Part shown: in pieces, positions 11,032 to 21,400 of the stretch
Position numbering within the stretch: position 1 is the first letter of the stretch
How the letters are laid out: every line of letters starts with the position of its first letter
Assembly (NCBI GenBank): GCA_965649765.1
Contig: OZ287748.1
Span: 7,440,001-7,504,000, forward strand
Length of the DNA stretch: 64,000 nt
Source: Bispira polyomma
Lineage: Eukaryota
Direction: 5' to 3'
Translations under genes and position numbers: made by a program
The notes under the pieces: generated by a model
What the model was told of the DNA's origin: nothing
The model's database searches: none
What the model saw: the letters and a program-made list of their open reading frames with translations, nothing else

Positions 11032-11942
11032 ATAAAGTAGCAGACTTCTTGATGCACCTATACTCGGACAAGAACCTAAGACCTTCTACCATAGAAGGCT
11101 ACAGGACGGCTATTGCGGATACCCTCGGTTCCACAGTGAATATTAGTCACAATCAGGATATCTCTCGTTTACTGACCAGTTTTCATCGAGACAGGCCTAA
11201 GGCAGCCAGATCCTTACCAAAGTGGAACCTCTCGGTTGTTCTACATCAGCTTACTTGTCCTCCTTTTGAACCGTTAAGAAAAGCAGAACTGAAGCATCTT
11301 ACTTACAAGACAGCCTTCTTACTTGCTCTGGCATCAGGAAAACGTCGGAGCGAAATTCACGCTTGGATATTTGAATACATGCGAAATCTGGGCCACTGGG
11401 AGAAAATATCTTTAGCAGCCTCCCCGGCCTTTTTGGCCAAGAATCAACTTGCCAGGGAAGGACCACAGTGTATCGCACCGGTGATCATCCCGGCTCTCGC
11501 TCCAGCCTTAGACAGAAGCCTAATTACAGACAGATCTTTGTGTCCTGTCAGAGCCCTGAGATACTACTTGGATAAAGTATCCGATATCAGGAAAGGTAGA
11601 AAGCTCTTGTTTGTGTCCTTTAAGAAAGGCCACACCAAAGAAATACAGGCGTCAACCATATCATCATGGATTAAAGAAACAGTTAAGTTGTGTTACTCTC
11701 TCGCTGATGATCACTCTCTCGACCTTTTACAGGTCAAAGCTCATGACGTCAGAGCTTTCGCGGCCTCCAAAGCCTTCCAAGGTGGCGTTTCGGTCGATCA
11801 AATTATGTCAGCCTGCCATTGGAAGTCGCATTCCACGTTCACGGACTTTTACTTGAAAGACCTGGCCTGGGCAGACAAGGACTACCTCTACCTAGGTCCT
11901 GTTGTAGCTGCTCAACAGATTGTGGATACTTCACCTTCCTGA
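9036..11942 (+). CDS. DIRS ORF3: tyrosine recombinase with a long N-terminal extension overlapping ORF2
   Basis: The C-terminal ~350 aa has a core-binding region (STRSVYKSKW...STIEGYRTAI) and catalytic motifs GKRRSEI (R), LCPVRAL, HDVR (HxxR) and HWKSHSTFTDFY (W, Y). The N-terminal ~620 aa is S/P/T/R/G-rich and overlaps ORF2 in another frame. Confidence 0.95.
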   Translation: MDIERNNQKRTGYHKTRIFPSISEKASSLPVSIHHKRIHGNRKRQSLTQLCGGPSVKTSSSTGTKDELVGIHQSSFPRTQTGQPVETGHRPQYSQPIPRGTQVPHGDPRIHPGLSTTGGMGHLIGPHGCLSTHPYSPQFSEIPQVPPQRQVLPVQGSSIWTSNSPSRVHSASQGSKTDGPLFGSSDASVFGRLAYQSTFGSSMPSQHRDCDFPHHRFGLDHQLRKVGTYPLTELYLRRVPVRSTEGTGTTYNRPVVQVTGYDQLDTPHLSGAGATLDVSYRPPCVNRKTSTWGSPSNATSTMAPEETLELPRNLKQTHSSGPSPQGPPRMVVGSEKRVGGRLSPPSRAQYIALYRRFKRRLGRSLGLSHSTRRMVSVRTRSTHKCFRTQGRLSGYTGLQGSVHRSKSPSVNRQLICGSLHKQTGRHTLDGDVCPSLEDTNIVSQVSCDSPSSSHSRMSKRHRRRSLQKEPSHPDRVVTLPSDLQNPVSPVVHPTCGHVCNKLELQATDIRLSTSRSTSLGSGRSQHILGQPGRLLLSPDSSDRQGDQQSTHSQVQGTSHSPRVAGNALVLGPRGLITASPSTATSTPQLTQTTVEPPVPSGSGIPEPSRLVSRSTGLQEQGFTPAVAERIAQPQRLSTRSVYKSKWTVFQRWCEEKQVDFTCPPINKVADFLMHLYSDKNLRPSTIEGYRTAIADTLGSTVNISHNQDISRLLTSFHRDRPKAARSLPKWNLSVVLHQLTCPPFEPLRKAELKHLTYKTAFLLALASGKRRSEIHAWIFEYMRNLGHWEKISLAASPAFLAKNQLAREGPQCIAPVIIPALAPALDRSLITDRSLCPVRALRYYLDKVSDIRKGRKLLFVSFKKGHTKEIQASTISSWIKETVKLCYSLADDHSLDLLQVKAHDVRAFAASKAFQGGVSVDQIMSACHWKSHSTFTDFYLKDLAWADKDYLYLGPVVAAQQIVDTSPS

Positions 11943-12565
11943 ACTACTCTCAACATGTGATATTTGCCTCAGTGTATGTGCCTGTGACCCGGCTACTCTC
12001 TTGTGAAAACCAGGGGGGGGAACCGACCGGATTGTGACACCCGACGGTGCCCCACCGGTCATCCGGATCCATGACTACCGGATCTGGAGTGCTACATACA
12101 GCAGGATACCTGTATCGATGGTGAGAGCAAAGTTGACTTATTCTGTTTTGACCTTAAAACACACATGTAAGCATGGTTGTCGAAAATAAAGTATGTTAAT
12201 ACTATAATTCTGGGGGATAACGGATTACGATCTGTTCTCATATAATAAATATACATATACTTGTCAATATTAGTTCCAGAGTGATATCTAATTATTGCGT
12301 GTATTTTAACCCTTTGTAGGTCAGGAAGTCTTACAGTGTGTGGAAGTTCTGGTACTCCAGGAAAAGGTGGGCGCCTCGACTACAGAGAGCTTCATGCTAT
12401 GGTAAGTTACCATTACCTACTAAACTAATTCCTTCTTTCCTTATAGGATCAGACAGGAAAAGACAGCATCACCACCATCAATACTAATAACTTTGTTTAT
12501 TTTAGAGAAAAGGAGTTCTACCAGCTTCCCTGTGGCGTTTACCCACCTCCTTGGTGATGGTATTC

Positions 12566-12664
12566 AGCACACAGTTTCACTGGGTAAGTAATTGTATTGC
12601 AATAAAATTAAAAATTTTATTCATAAATTGTATTTTTATAAAATACATACTTACCCAGTGAAAC
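12566..12664. repeat. DIRS internal complementary region (ICR)
   Basis: 12566-~12608 is the reverse complement of the element's left end and ~12602-12664 is the reverse complement of its right end, so the ICR is a copy of the circle junction. Confidence 0.95.
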
Positions 12665-12723
12665 GGTTAGAGTCCCACCCAACCTGCCCCGCGGTTAACG
12701 CCAAGGGTAGTGTTATGTCAATA

Positions 12724-12961
12724 GATGGGTTCAAAAATGGCTCTAGTAAATCAGAATGGTCGTTTGCGCAGCTTCTCGCGCAGGGTCACGTGATGTACCG
12801 GTCCCCGGCGGACCGACTCTCGTCGGAGGCGACCGGTAAATAACCCCTTTTCTCTTAGGGATTGGTCGTCACCGGCAGGCGAACTACCGGTAAGCACACA
12901 GTTTCACTGGGTAAGTATGTATTTTATAAAAATACAATTTATGAATAAAATTTTTAATTTT
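12724..12961 (-). repeat. DIRS right ITR with right extension
   Basis: Reverse complement of the left ITR, followed by the extension TGTATTTTATAAAAATACAATTTATGAATAAAATTTTTAATTTT, which is complementary to the second half of the ICR. Confidence 0.95.
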
Positions 12962-14566
12962 ATAGCGAATATTGCCCTTACTATTTCCTAACAATAGCTT
13001 ACATGTTGGAGCCGTCAAATTCACTGGCCAACGAAGATAAACGTTTTATGCTACCTTAAGCATACCAGTGAATTTTAGGTCTGTGTAGAGGACAATGGTC
13101 AGTCCCCCCTAAATAGGTCACATGGGAACCCCAAAGGCGGTAACCCTCATCTTTTTTTTTGTTGCAAGAAAGCCTAAAGTGAATACTTATCTTGCGGGGA
13201 TGGTAGGGAGGGACTTTCCTTGTTAGGAAATAATATGGTATTATCTTATCAAATTTAAAATTAATTTTTAAATTTGGCAAATTTTTAAATTTGGCAAATT
13301 GATGGAGTTAGAGGCCATTTAGGTGGCCAATATGGTGTTTTTTCGCTACTGGGAGTAAAAAAAATCAGTAGTTGTCGACTCGCAGCTTGTGAACCTTCTA
13401 TAGATTCTTTACAAACTTTGAAAGAGAAATATTAATTATTTTAAATACACATTTTGGCAAGAGACAAGTGGTCTCCAATGTGTACAACTGTTATGATATA
13501 AAAGACGTACATGGTACACCACATTTTTTAACAAACTTGGAAGGGGTACCACCATAATATATATTCATCATGCTGGATGTTACACAATATAATGTTCTCA
13601 TTATGAAACATCAGATATAACTACTGTATCTCCAGGGTTGAATTTTTGCCCTTCTGTCAGACTGTTCCCCAGTAGAATGGAACAGATTGATGTTCATCAG
13701 CTAGCGATATCCCTTTTTTATTGACCTAGAAAAAAACCTGGACATTTTTCATTGTCTGTCCTGGAAGAAAGTACATCAAAAAGCAAAGTTTAAATCATGT
13801 GACCTAGAATTCTTGGCCTTTGTGTACATAGAGGTTTCAGTATTTTTCTTAAAGTCTGTCATTGCTTCCAAAATCATTATTTCAGATTGCTAATTACTGA
13901 CGTTACTCTCTGATACAGTTACAAGTTAAAACAAAGAAAGAAATTGGCCTTACAATTCTTAGCTGAGGACAACTGAATCAGTACATTTAAGCCCAACATT
14001 ATTATTATAGAGGATTTTTGACAATTGTGTCAATGAAAAGAACAGCGAAGATTAATGATTCGACTTTTTACTCTCGTGTAATTTACACTCTTCGCTGACC
14101 TTTACACAAAAGAAATAGGTCTCATTTACTTTATTATAATCATTAAAGCATTGCTTCTTAGATTCCTAATATGCAAATGTAATATTTTTTAAATGAACAA
14201 AGTTGCTTTTAGCTGAGATTTTGGCAGAAAAAACTCTTTGATGTGTTTTATTTTATACCAATAGTAAGCAAATATACAAACTGTAAAGTTGATTGTTTTG
14301 GAATAAATAATTGAACCTTAAAACAACATACTAGATAGATTGTATTAGTTGAAACAGCCTGTAAAAATGGCAGTGATAGAAGATTTCGGACATAGCAGTT
14401 AAAATTTTCAGAATTTAATATACGGTAATGAAACAAAAGTTTATACACAAAAAACAAAGTTCAGAAGGTGGATACATGTTTTTGGATCATATAAGATTGG
14501 ATAGTAGTATTTTAATGTGGACAGAAAAATGTAAATAATGAAAAGACAGAGAACATCATACTAAGT

Positions 14567-14768
14567 AAGTGGATGTTTCCATGCAGACAATTTGAGGCGA
14601 TCAGCCGACGAATGACGGCAATTTTATCGCTATCATTGATTTAGTAGTGCCTGTTTCCATGTAAGCAATGGCGTTAGGCGACGAGCAATGCGAGGTAATT
14701 TTTTCGCTCCTGGCAGCGAAAACATAAAAATTGTCGTTGCCTGATCACTGTTGCCCATTGCCGACTTT
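14567..14768. mobile_element. Diverged partial copy of the 696-1140 MITE family
   Basis: Shares GTTTCCATGCAGACAA..GAGGCGATCAGCCGACG and the GCAATG..TTTTTCGCTCCT motifs. Confidence 0.65.
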
Positions 14769-17409
14769 AAAAAGTAGACTAAATGTTCATTACGAGAATC
14801 ATTTCTTGAGCAGAGGATTATCCATAAATTTTGGAAGCTCTGGGTTGGTAAGATGTGTTGGACCTCTGTTGCTGGACATTAACTCCCAAGTAATGGTTCT
14901 ACTAATATCTGTGTAACTTAAGTAAAATAATTCATTGTAAGTATTGCCCCCCACCTTTTATTACTGACAGGAATTCAAGGCCAGGAGTTTGTGGAACGAA
15001 GCAGATGATTGTACATGTATATACAGCTGCAAATATATCCTTATTGAACCTCATGCTCAGCCAGACGCCAAGTATTATTGCTCTTTTACAACATATCAAG
15101 ACTTCTTTGAGAATCATTTAAAGTCTCTTATGACACTTATTTTTTGTTAGTTATTTACTTCTAACATTATTGTTATTCAAATTTAAGCAGTCTGTGTAGA
15201 CAGATAGTATCAGAGTTTATCTAAATATGATGCTAAATCCTTAAAATTTGGTGTCAAATTGCAAAAATTAGAACAATAATTGTGAACTATACTTGATGTA
15301 TTACACATCAAGGTCTTCTTCTCTTAAACTACAAGGTGATACAGACTTCCTGAAGTACCTAGGGAAATTATCCAGGACTGTTCTGAAATTTATCCAGATC
15401 CACTCTTCAGATGGGTCTACAAGAATTTTTCCTATTGTACCGGTACAAACCGTACTTTCTTTGAAAATCTTCCAGTCCTACTGAAGAGACCAGTCTGATA
15501 TTTTTAAAACATTTACCTTACCACCTATATATTAAAATTTGCTCATGGCATTCTGGTCAGATTTTTAGTTTTAAAGTTATGAATTTTGAAAAAAATTTAG
15601 GATTCCTAAAATGTCAAATATCTCCTTAATTATTGGGTTTATAGATCATTTTGAATGTATTTTGAGCTATAGGAAACCAGGGTCAGGCAATCTACTGCAC
15701 TGGTCAGATTTGACCTACAACCTTGTTAAATTAGGTAAAGAAATCCCCCTACCTAATATGATATGATATGTGGAAAGAACTGGTTGCTGTTGGTTATAAT
15801 TTTGGGACAACGTAATCTCACAACTTACAAGGACCACAGATTTCATATTTTGCATACATATGTTGGGTCTCTTGTAAAGAGGCACCATTTGTAAATTTGT
15901 TTTTAAAATTTTAGTGGAAGTTTATCTGTAGATTTGATAATAGCTATAGTCTGGTGCATCTTCAATTTTAGATTATGCTAATATTTGATATTTATATATA
16001 CAACCATGTAATTTAGATATAAATTTTGTTATGAAAGGGAAGTTGATGATACTTAGTGTAAAAAAACATCTTCATATTTATCAACATACACAAACGCTTT
16101 TTCCTCAATTTTCAAAATCGTCACTTCTGCAATTCAGAAATGTTTATGATTCTATAAATTTTGAAGATTAAGAAATTATCTAATAGCACTAAAAGCATTT
16201 AGAAATATCAGAGTTTCAAGCATTTTGGAGTGTAGGCTAGTTTGTCCTAAGTAACCATGTCAGAAGTCGATCTTTGGGCTGATTGTTCTAATGTGGTTAT
16301 CTGGCCTCTTCCATGACTCACATTTCCAAGTAATTTCCTTGTAGATATTGATTGATCAGTAGAAGTTGATGTATTTCTGGTATGAGGTTCCTGTGAGTGA
16401 GTTCTAATTACAGATGACCTGTGTTTTGGTAGCATGAACTGGTCTTGTTTTGTGTTGTTTTGTAAATGATAAATGATACTGGTAGTGTCACTGCAGGCCG
16501 AAACTTACATTGGCACTGAATATCGCTTATTATTTCTGACCAAGTATCAGCTAATATCAATATGATATGTATCCTTCCAATTTATACAATCCAATTGGAA
16601 TTCATAAAAAAGACTGGGATATGACCAAATGACATAAAACCAGCATTTCAAGTGATAATTCCAGCACAAGTACACCTAACAAGCTTTGTTCTCCACACTT
16701 TTTGTGTACCAGTGCCTGAAATATAAAATTTTATCAGTCTATAGACTTTCATCATAAAACAGGTACATAATAGTATACTAAATCAAGAGATGTATCATAA
16801 GATCACAAATTATGCTGTACATCATGGTATCATTTAGAAAAAGGTAATTGTCTTTTAAAAGATATTTAATCGTGCCGACTCCTAATCCATCATACATTGC
16901 AGATATTGTAGATATCCACAGGATTAAGAAATCACTTTGATTCTCGGTCCTGGAAAGTAGGTGGGAAAGCTAGCAGTAGACTTGCTAAAAGACTAGTTGT
17001 TTGCAGCTTAGAAATCTTGACCATCTACTAGTGGGTACATTGTTTATCGAAATCGCCGATGGTTGTTGTTTGGGCTTTTGCGTGCAGATATCAATGTGTA
17101 ATAGAAACACATCAATATCATAACAGACACATATTACACCTTGGGACAACATATATACAACAATTTTAATTCTATTTATGCTTAATACCTTTTAAATAAT
17201 GAATGTTACCATTTTAAGTCCATTTTTACTTGTAAACATATGTAGTGGTTCTCACTTCCGGTTTATTCAGGCAGGTTTTTCGTTTTGCAGATACGTTCCA
17301 GTTGCTTCACACTTTCTATCTTCCGATATTGGCCGATATTGAAGTAATTTTGATATTGTAGATATTGATCTCCACCAACCCAAACAATTTACCATCTACC
17401 CTATTCTGC

Positions 17410-17480
17410 TTTTCTCTACCAGTAAACTGCTTATCATGATATAATACTAGTTGAAAGTGACGTTAAACCCTAATTAAATC
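17410..17480 (+). mobile_element. 3' end remnant of a SINE
   Basis: TTCTCTACCAGTAAACTG..GATATAA..GTTGAAAGTGACGTTAAACCC resembles the 3' end of the 32596-32850 SINE and, as recalled, mollusc SINE tails. Confidence 0.5.
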
Positions 17481-18441
17481 TGACATCATTAGTGTAGACA
17501 TGATTGAGTCTTTACAAGGCTAGGGACATTAAACCCTGATTAAATCTGACATCTTTAGACATATTTAAGTCTCAACAAGGCTAGGGACATTAAACCCTGA
17601 TTAAATCTGACATCTTTAGACATATTTGACCCTTCACAAGGCTAGGGACAGTAAACCCTAATTAAATCTGACATCTTTAGACATATTTGAGTCTTAACAG
17701 GGCTAGGGACATTAAACCCTGATTAAATCTGACATCTTTAGACATATTTGAGTCTCAACAAGGCTAGGGACAGTAAACCCTAATTAAATCTGACATCTTT
17801 AGACATATTTGAGTCTCAACAAGGCTAGGGACATTAAACCCTAATTAAATCTGACATCTTTAGACATATTTGAGTCTCAACAAGGCTAGGGACATTAAAC
17901 CCTAATTAAATCTGACATCTTTTGACATATTTGAGTCTTAACAAGGCTAGGGACATTAAACCCTGATTAAATCTGACATCTTTAGACACATTTAAGTCTT
18001 AACAAGGCTAGGGACATTAAACCCTAATTAAATCTGACATCTTTAGACATATTTGAGTCTCAACAAGGCTAGGGACATTAAACCCTGATTAAATCTGACA
18101 TCTTTAGATATATTTGAGTCTCAACAAGGCTAGGGACATTAAACCCTGATTAAATCTGACATCTTTAGACATATTTAAGTCTTAACAAGGCTAGGGACAT
18201 TAAACCCTAATTAAATCTGACATCTTTAGACATATTTGAGTCTCAACAAGGCTAGGGACATTAAACCCTGATTAAATCTGACATCTTTAGATATATTTGA
18301 GTCTCAACAAGGCTAGGGACATTAAACCCTGATTAAATCTGACATCTTTAGATATATTTGAGTCTCAACAAGGCTAGGGACATTAAACCCTAATTAAATC
18401 TGACATCTTTAGACATATTTGAGTCTTAACAGGGCTAGGGA
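17459..18441 (+). repeat. 61 bp minisatellite, ~16 copies
   Basis: Unit ACATTAAACCCT(A/G)ATTAAATCTGACATCTTTAGACATATTTGAGTCTCAACAAGGCTAGGG; near-identical copies with no unique spacers. Confidence 0.97.
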
Positions 18442-21400
18442 GAAGCTCATAACTATCTCACATTTTTGTTCACATTTCATTGGCTAAAATATTTCTTTGT
18501 TACCATTATGTACTGTTAAAGTGAATGCCAGAATTATTTTGTCCCTCTGGAAGTACCAAGCAGTCTAAGTGCAGTACAACACTGATTACCTGTTCCCATT
18601 GCGTCTCAATAATGCGCTCTTAAACATGTAAAAGATAAGTCACAAAAGAAAATATTTTTCAAGAGACCATAATAGTACGAGTACATTGTAACATTGCAAT
18701 GTTGAGATACGGAAAACGTTCATGATGGTGAGTTGGCCTATACTTTAGACTAGTAACCGAATTTCATTTTTTTTTTTTCCTGGATGAGGTTGGTGCTTCA
18801 CTGAGCATGAAGATTTCCTTGTTTTATTTAAACTCGTTTAAAATATACATTTCTCTGAGGACAACTTTGTTAATAATTCTAAGATCTAAATATCAAGATT
18901 ATAAAAGAATAAAATATCATGGGATACACATAGTTTGAAATGTTGCATCAACTGGTAGAAATATATTCCCTGATATAACAGTGTTTTGTAGCTTCAGTAA
19001 ATTTCCTTACGATAAAAATGGTCACAAATATTAGTGGTTACTAAAACAGATTTACATATGCTTAAATTGTTTTGAAGGTCCTGAAAATTTGATGAAACCT
19101 ACTATAAATGCTTTTTTTTGTGCATGGGTACAACTATAACAGTGTATTGAATTGAAAGTATATCTTCTGACATGATATATACAGGGGAAAATATTGTCAC
19201 TTTGGCCAATTACTCAATTCAAATTTGTCCCTTTATTCATTGTAAGAATATTTTTGATGTTTTAACATTTTAAAAGGACCCTCTATGTGGGCTTCTTAAA
19301 GCAATACTGATACTATTTCTAAGCAATAATGTTACTGTAACGTATTGTTGTACTACTACCGAGTACATTATGTTGTTGTAAATCACAATCAGATTATTTT
19401 ATTGTTCTACATTATTTGATACATGACACAGTCTAATGGCTAAAAAATCCAAAGGTGATCTTTTAGGAGTGCATTGTTGGCATAATGGTGCTCAATCTTG
19501 TACATGTCTTGTAATTGAAGAATATTATATGCATATGTTTTAGTTGACAAGTCTTCCCATTACAATATCCTCAAAACAGTTTGTCAAAAGGGTTTTAAGT
19601 TTTACATATTGTACTATATATTTGCATGTACTTAATAATGTGGGCTTGTTTTATTTACTGTTATTTTGGCTGTTTAAAGTGCAATATCCATGACAATTGT
19701 TTACTTTAAAATGTTTTGTTGCAGGAATTATGTCCTATTACTTGACCATTACACGTATATATTTAACAATGTTTAAATGTGATAGTTGCATAACAAAAGT
19801 TGGGTTTAAAAAAGACACAGGCGCACAGTGTGAAATACACAAACATTGATATGACCATAAAATACTCAAGTTTATATACTCAAATCTGACACCCTCAGTA
19901 TGGACAGGTCGACTGTTTCCAACCAATCTATGAAGGCCTAATATTCTAGGATTATTTTATCATTTCTAAGATGGCGGCACTCTTTTAAGAATGAAAACAA
20001 TATCAGGTAGACTTGCTTGCAACAACTGTTAGTGAAACACTGTATGACGGCATTTTACACAGTTACCATTCTGTTCAAAAGGTGTCAGCACTAGTGTTTT
20101 TATAACTGCCAGCTTCTTTATTTTATTCTAAAAGTAAATTCAATGCATAGAGGGATATAAACCAAAAAGCATAATGTCCTTATACAAGATCTGTATATCG
20201 ACTCTGTCTGATCCAAAGACTACATTGCATATACAAATGTTGCCCTTGTGTTATAATGTAGGCACTGTAGCTTTGTGTGTGCCATGTGTGATTATAATAT
20301 TTATATTGGGGAGATAGATGATTTTAGCCTTATCGTGTAAGACTCCATATAACTTTGGTAAATTTGAATCCCACACACCATAAAAAGGACAATATCTTCT
20401 CAGTATACATGTATCAAATTCTTGTATTCTCATAGTAGTCTTGTCTATTAATATTTGTAATTTCTATTTTTTAATGTACCATTCTGGCTGTTAGACTGGC
20501 TCACAAGCCTTTGTATTTTATCCTGATCCACCATGCATGAAGTCATGATTGCACTATGTGAATTGGATCCGTCTTTCCTGGTGTCTATATATGAAGTCAT
20601 ACTGCCCTCATATAATACTTGAGATAAAAGGACTAGAAGAAAGTCTCCATTGTGAAAAAAGAAAACAATTAAAAACAAATTCCTAGATCCTCCCTTCCAC
20701 CCAGATCCACAAATTATAAACGTAATAGGTTCTTCCCTGGTCCATGCCTCAATTATACCCACTAAATTTCCATGTGTAAAACCATTCAGTAGTTTTGGTG
20801 TAATCAAAGTGACATACATGTACAAACTACATACATGTAGTGGAGGTATTTAAATAAGATTTTTTGACAAGCTTTAGGCAGAAGCAAGGCTAGTATGTTT
20901 TAAAAAAAAATCCAGGCTGCGTTTGAACTTCCACAACCCCACTTAGCTGACCCTTTTTAACTTGCTTCCAACATTGACTTAATTCTCTCTTAGGGGAATC
21001 ATAAAGTATACCCCTAGATTTACCCTAAACTCTCTCTGAATAGCCCATGGGTTTTTAACTTAAATTTAAGGAAATGTAAGGGATGGGCTCTAAAGAGAAT
21101 GTGGTTTTTCCATTCAAAATTTCAACAGTATTTATAGAAAACTAGGGGTGGGCTATTATGAGAGCATGGGCTATTAGGGTATGTAGACAATCTAATACTG
21201 TATGAAATGGAGCTTGGTCCAGACTACAAGATGAAAGACAATTTCTTTTTCTGGATCCGTGGTGAATTATGTAGAACTGGATATGTACAGCCGTTGTACG
21301 TAATATCTCAGAAAAAAGTAGTTTAGAAACCAGATTTAAGGGGGTGCTTTTTACCTTTAATCAAACATACTCTGGATGGGGGTGGGTTTTTTTTTGCTGA

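Larger units (their letters stand above)
5934..12961 (+). mobile_element. Full-length DIRS1-type tyrosine-recombinase retrotransposon
   Basis: Inverted terminal repeats (5951-6115 vs 12753-12917), an internal complementary region (12566-12664) matching both outer ends, three long ORFs (gag-like; RT-RNaseH-MT; YR), a GC-rich body in AT-rich flanks, and ATTTTAT at both junctions (5933-5939, 12957-12963). Confidence 0.97.

Noticed and set aside
17459-18441. CRISPR-like regular repeat
   Set aside because: The whole 61 bp unit repeats with no unique spacers, there are no cas genes, and the context is a eukaryotic intron.
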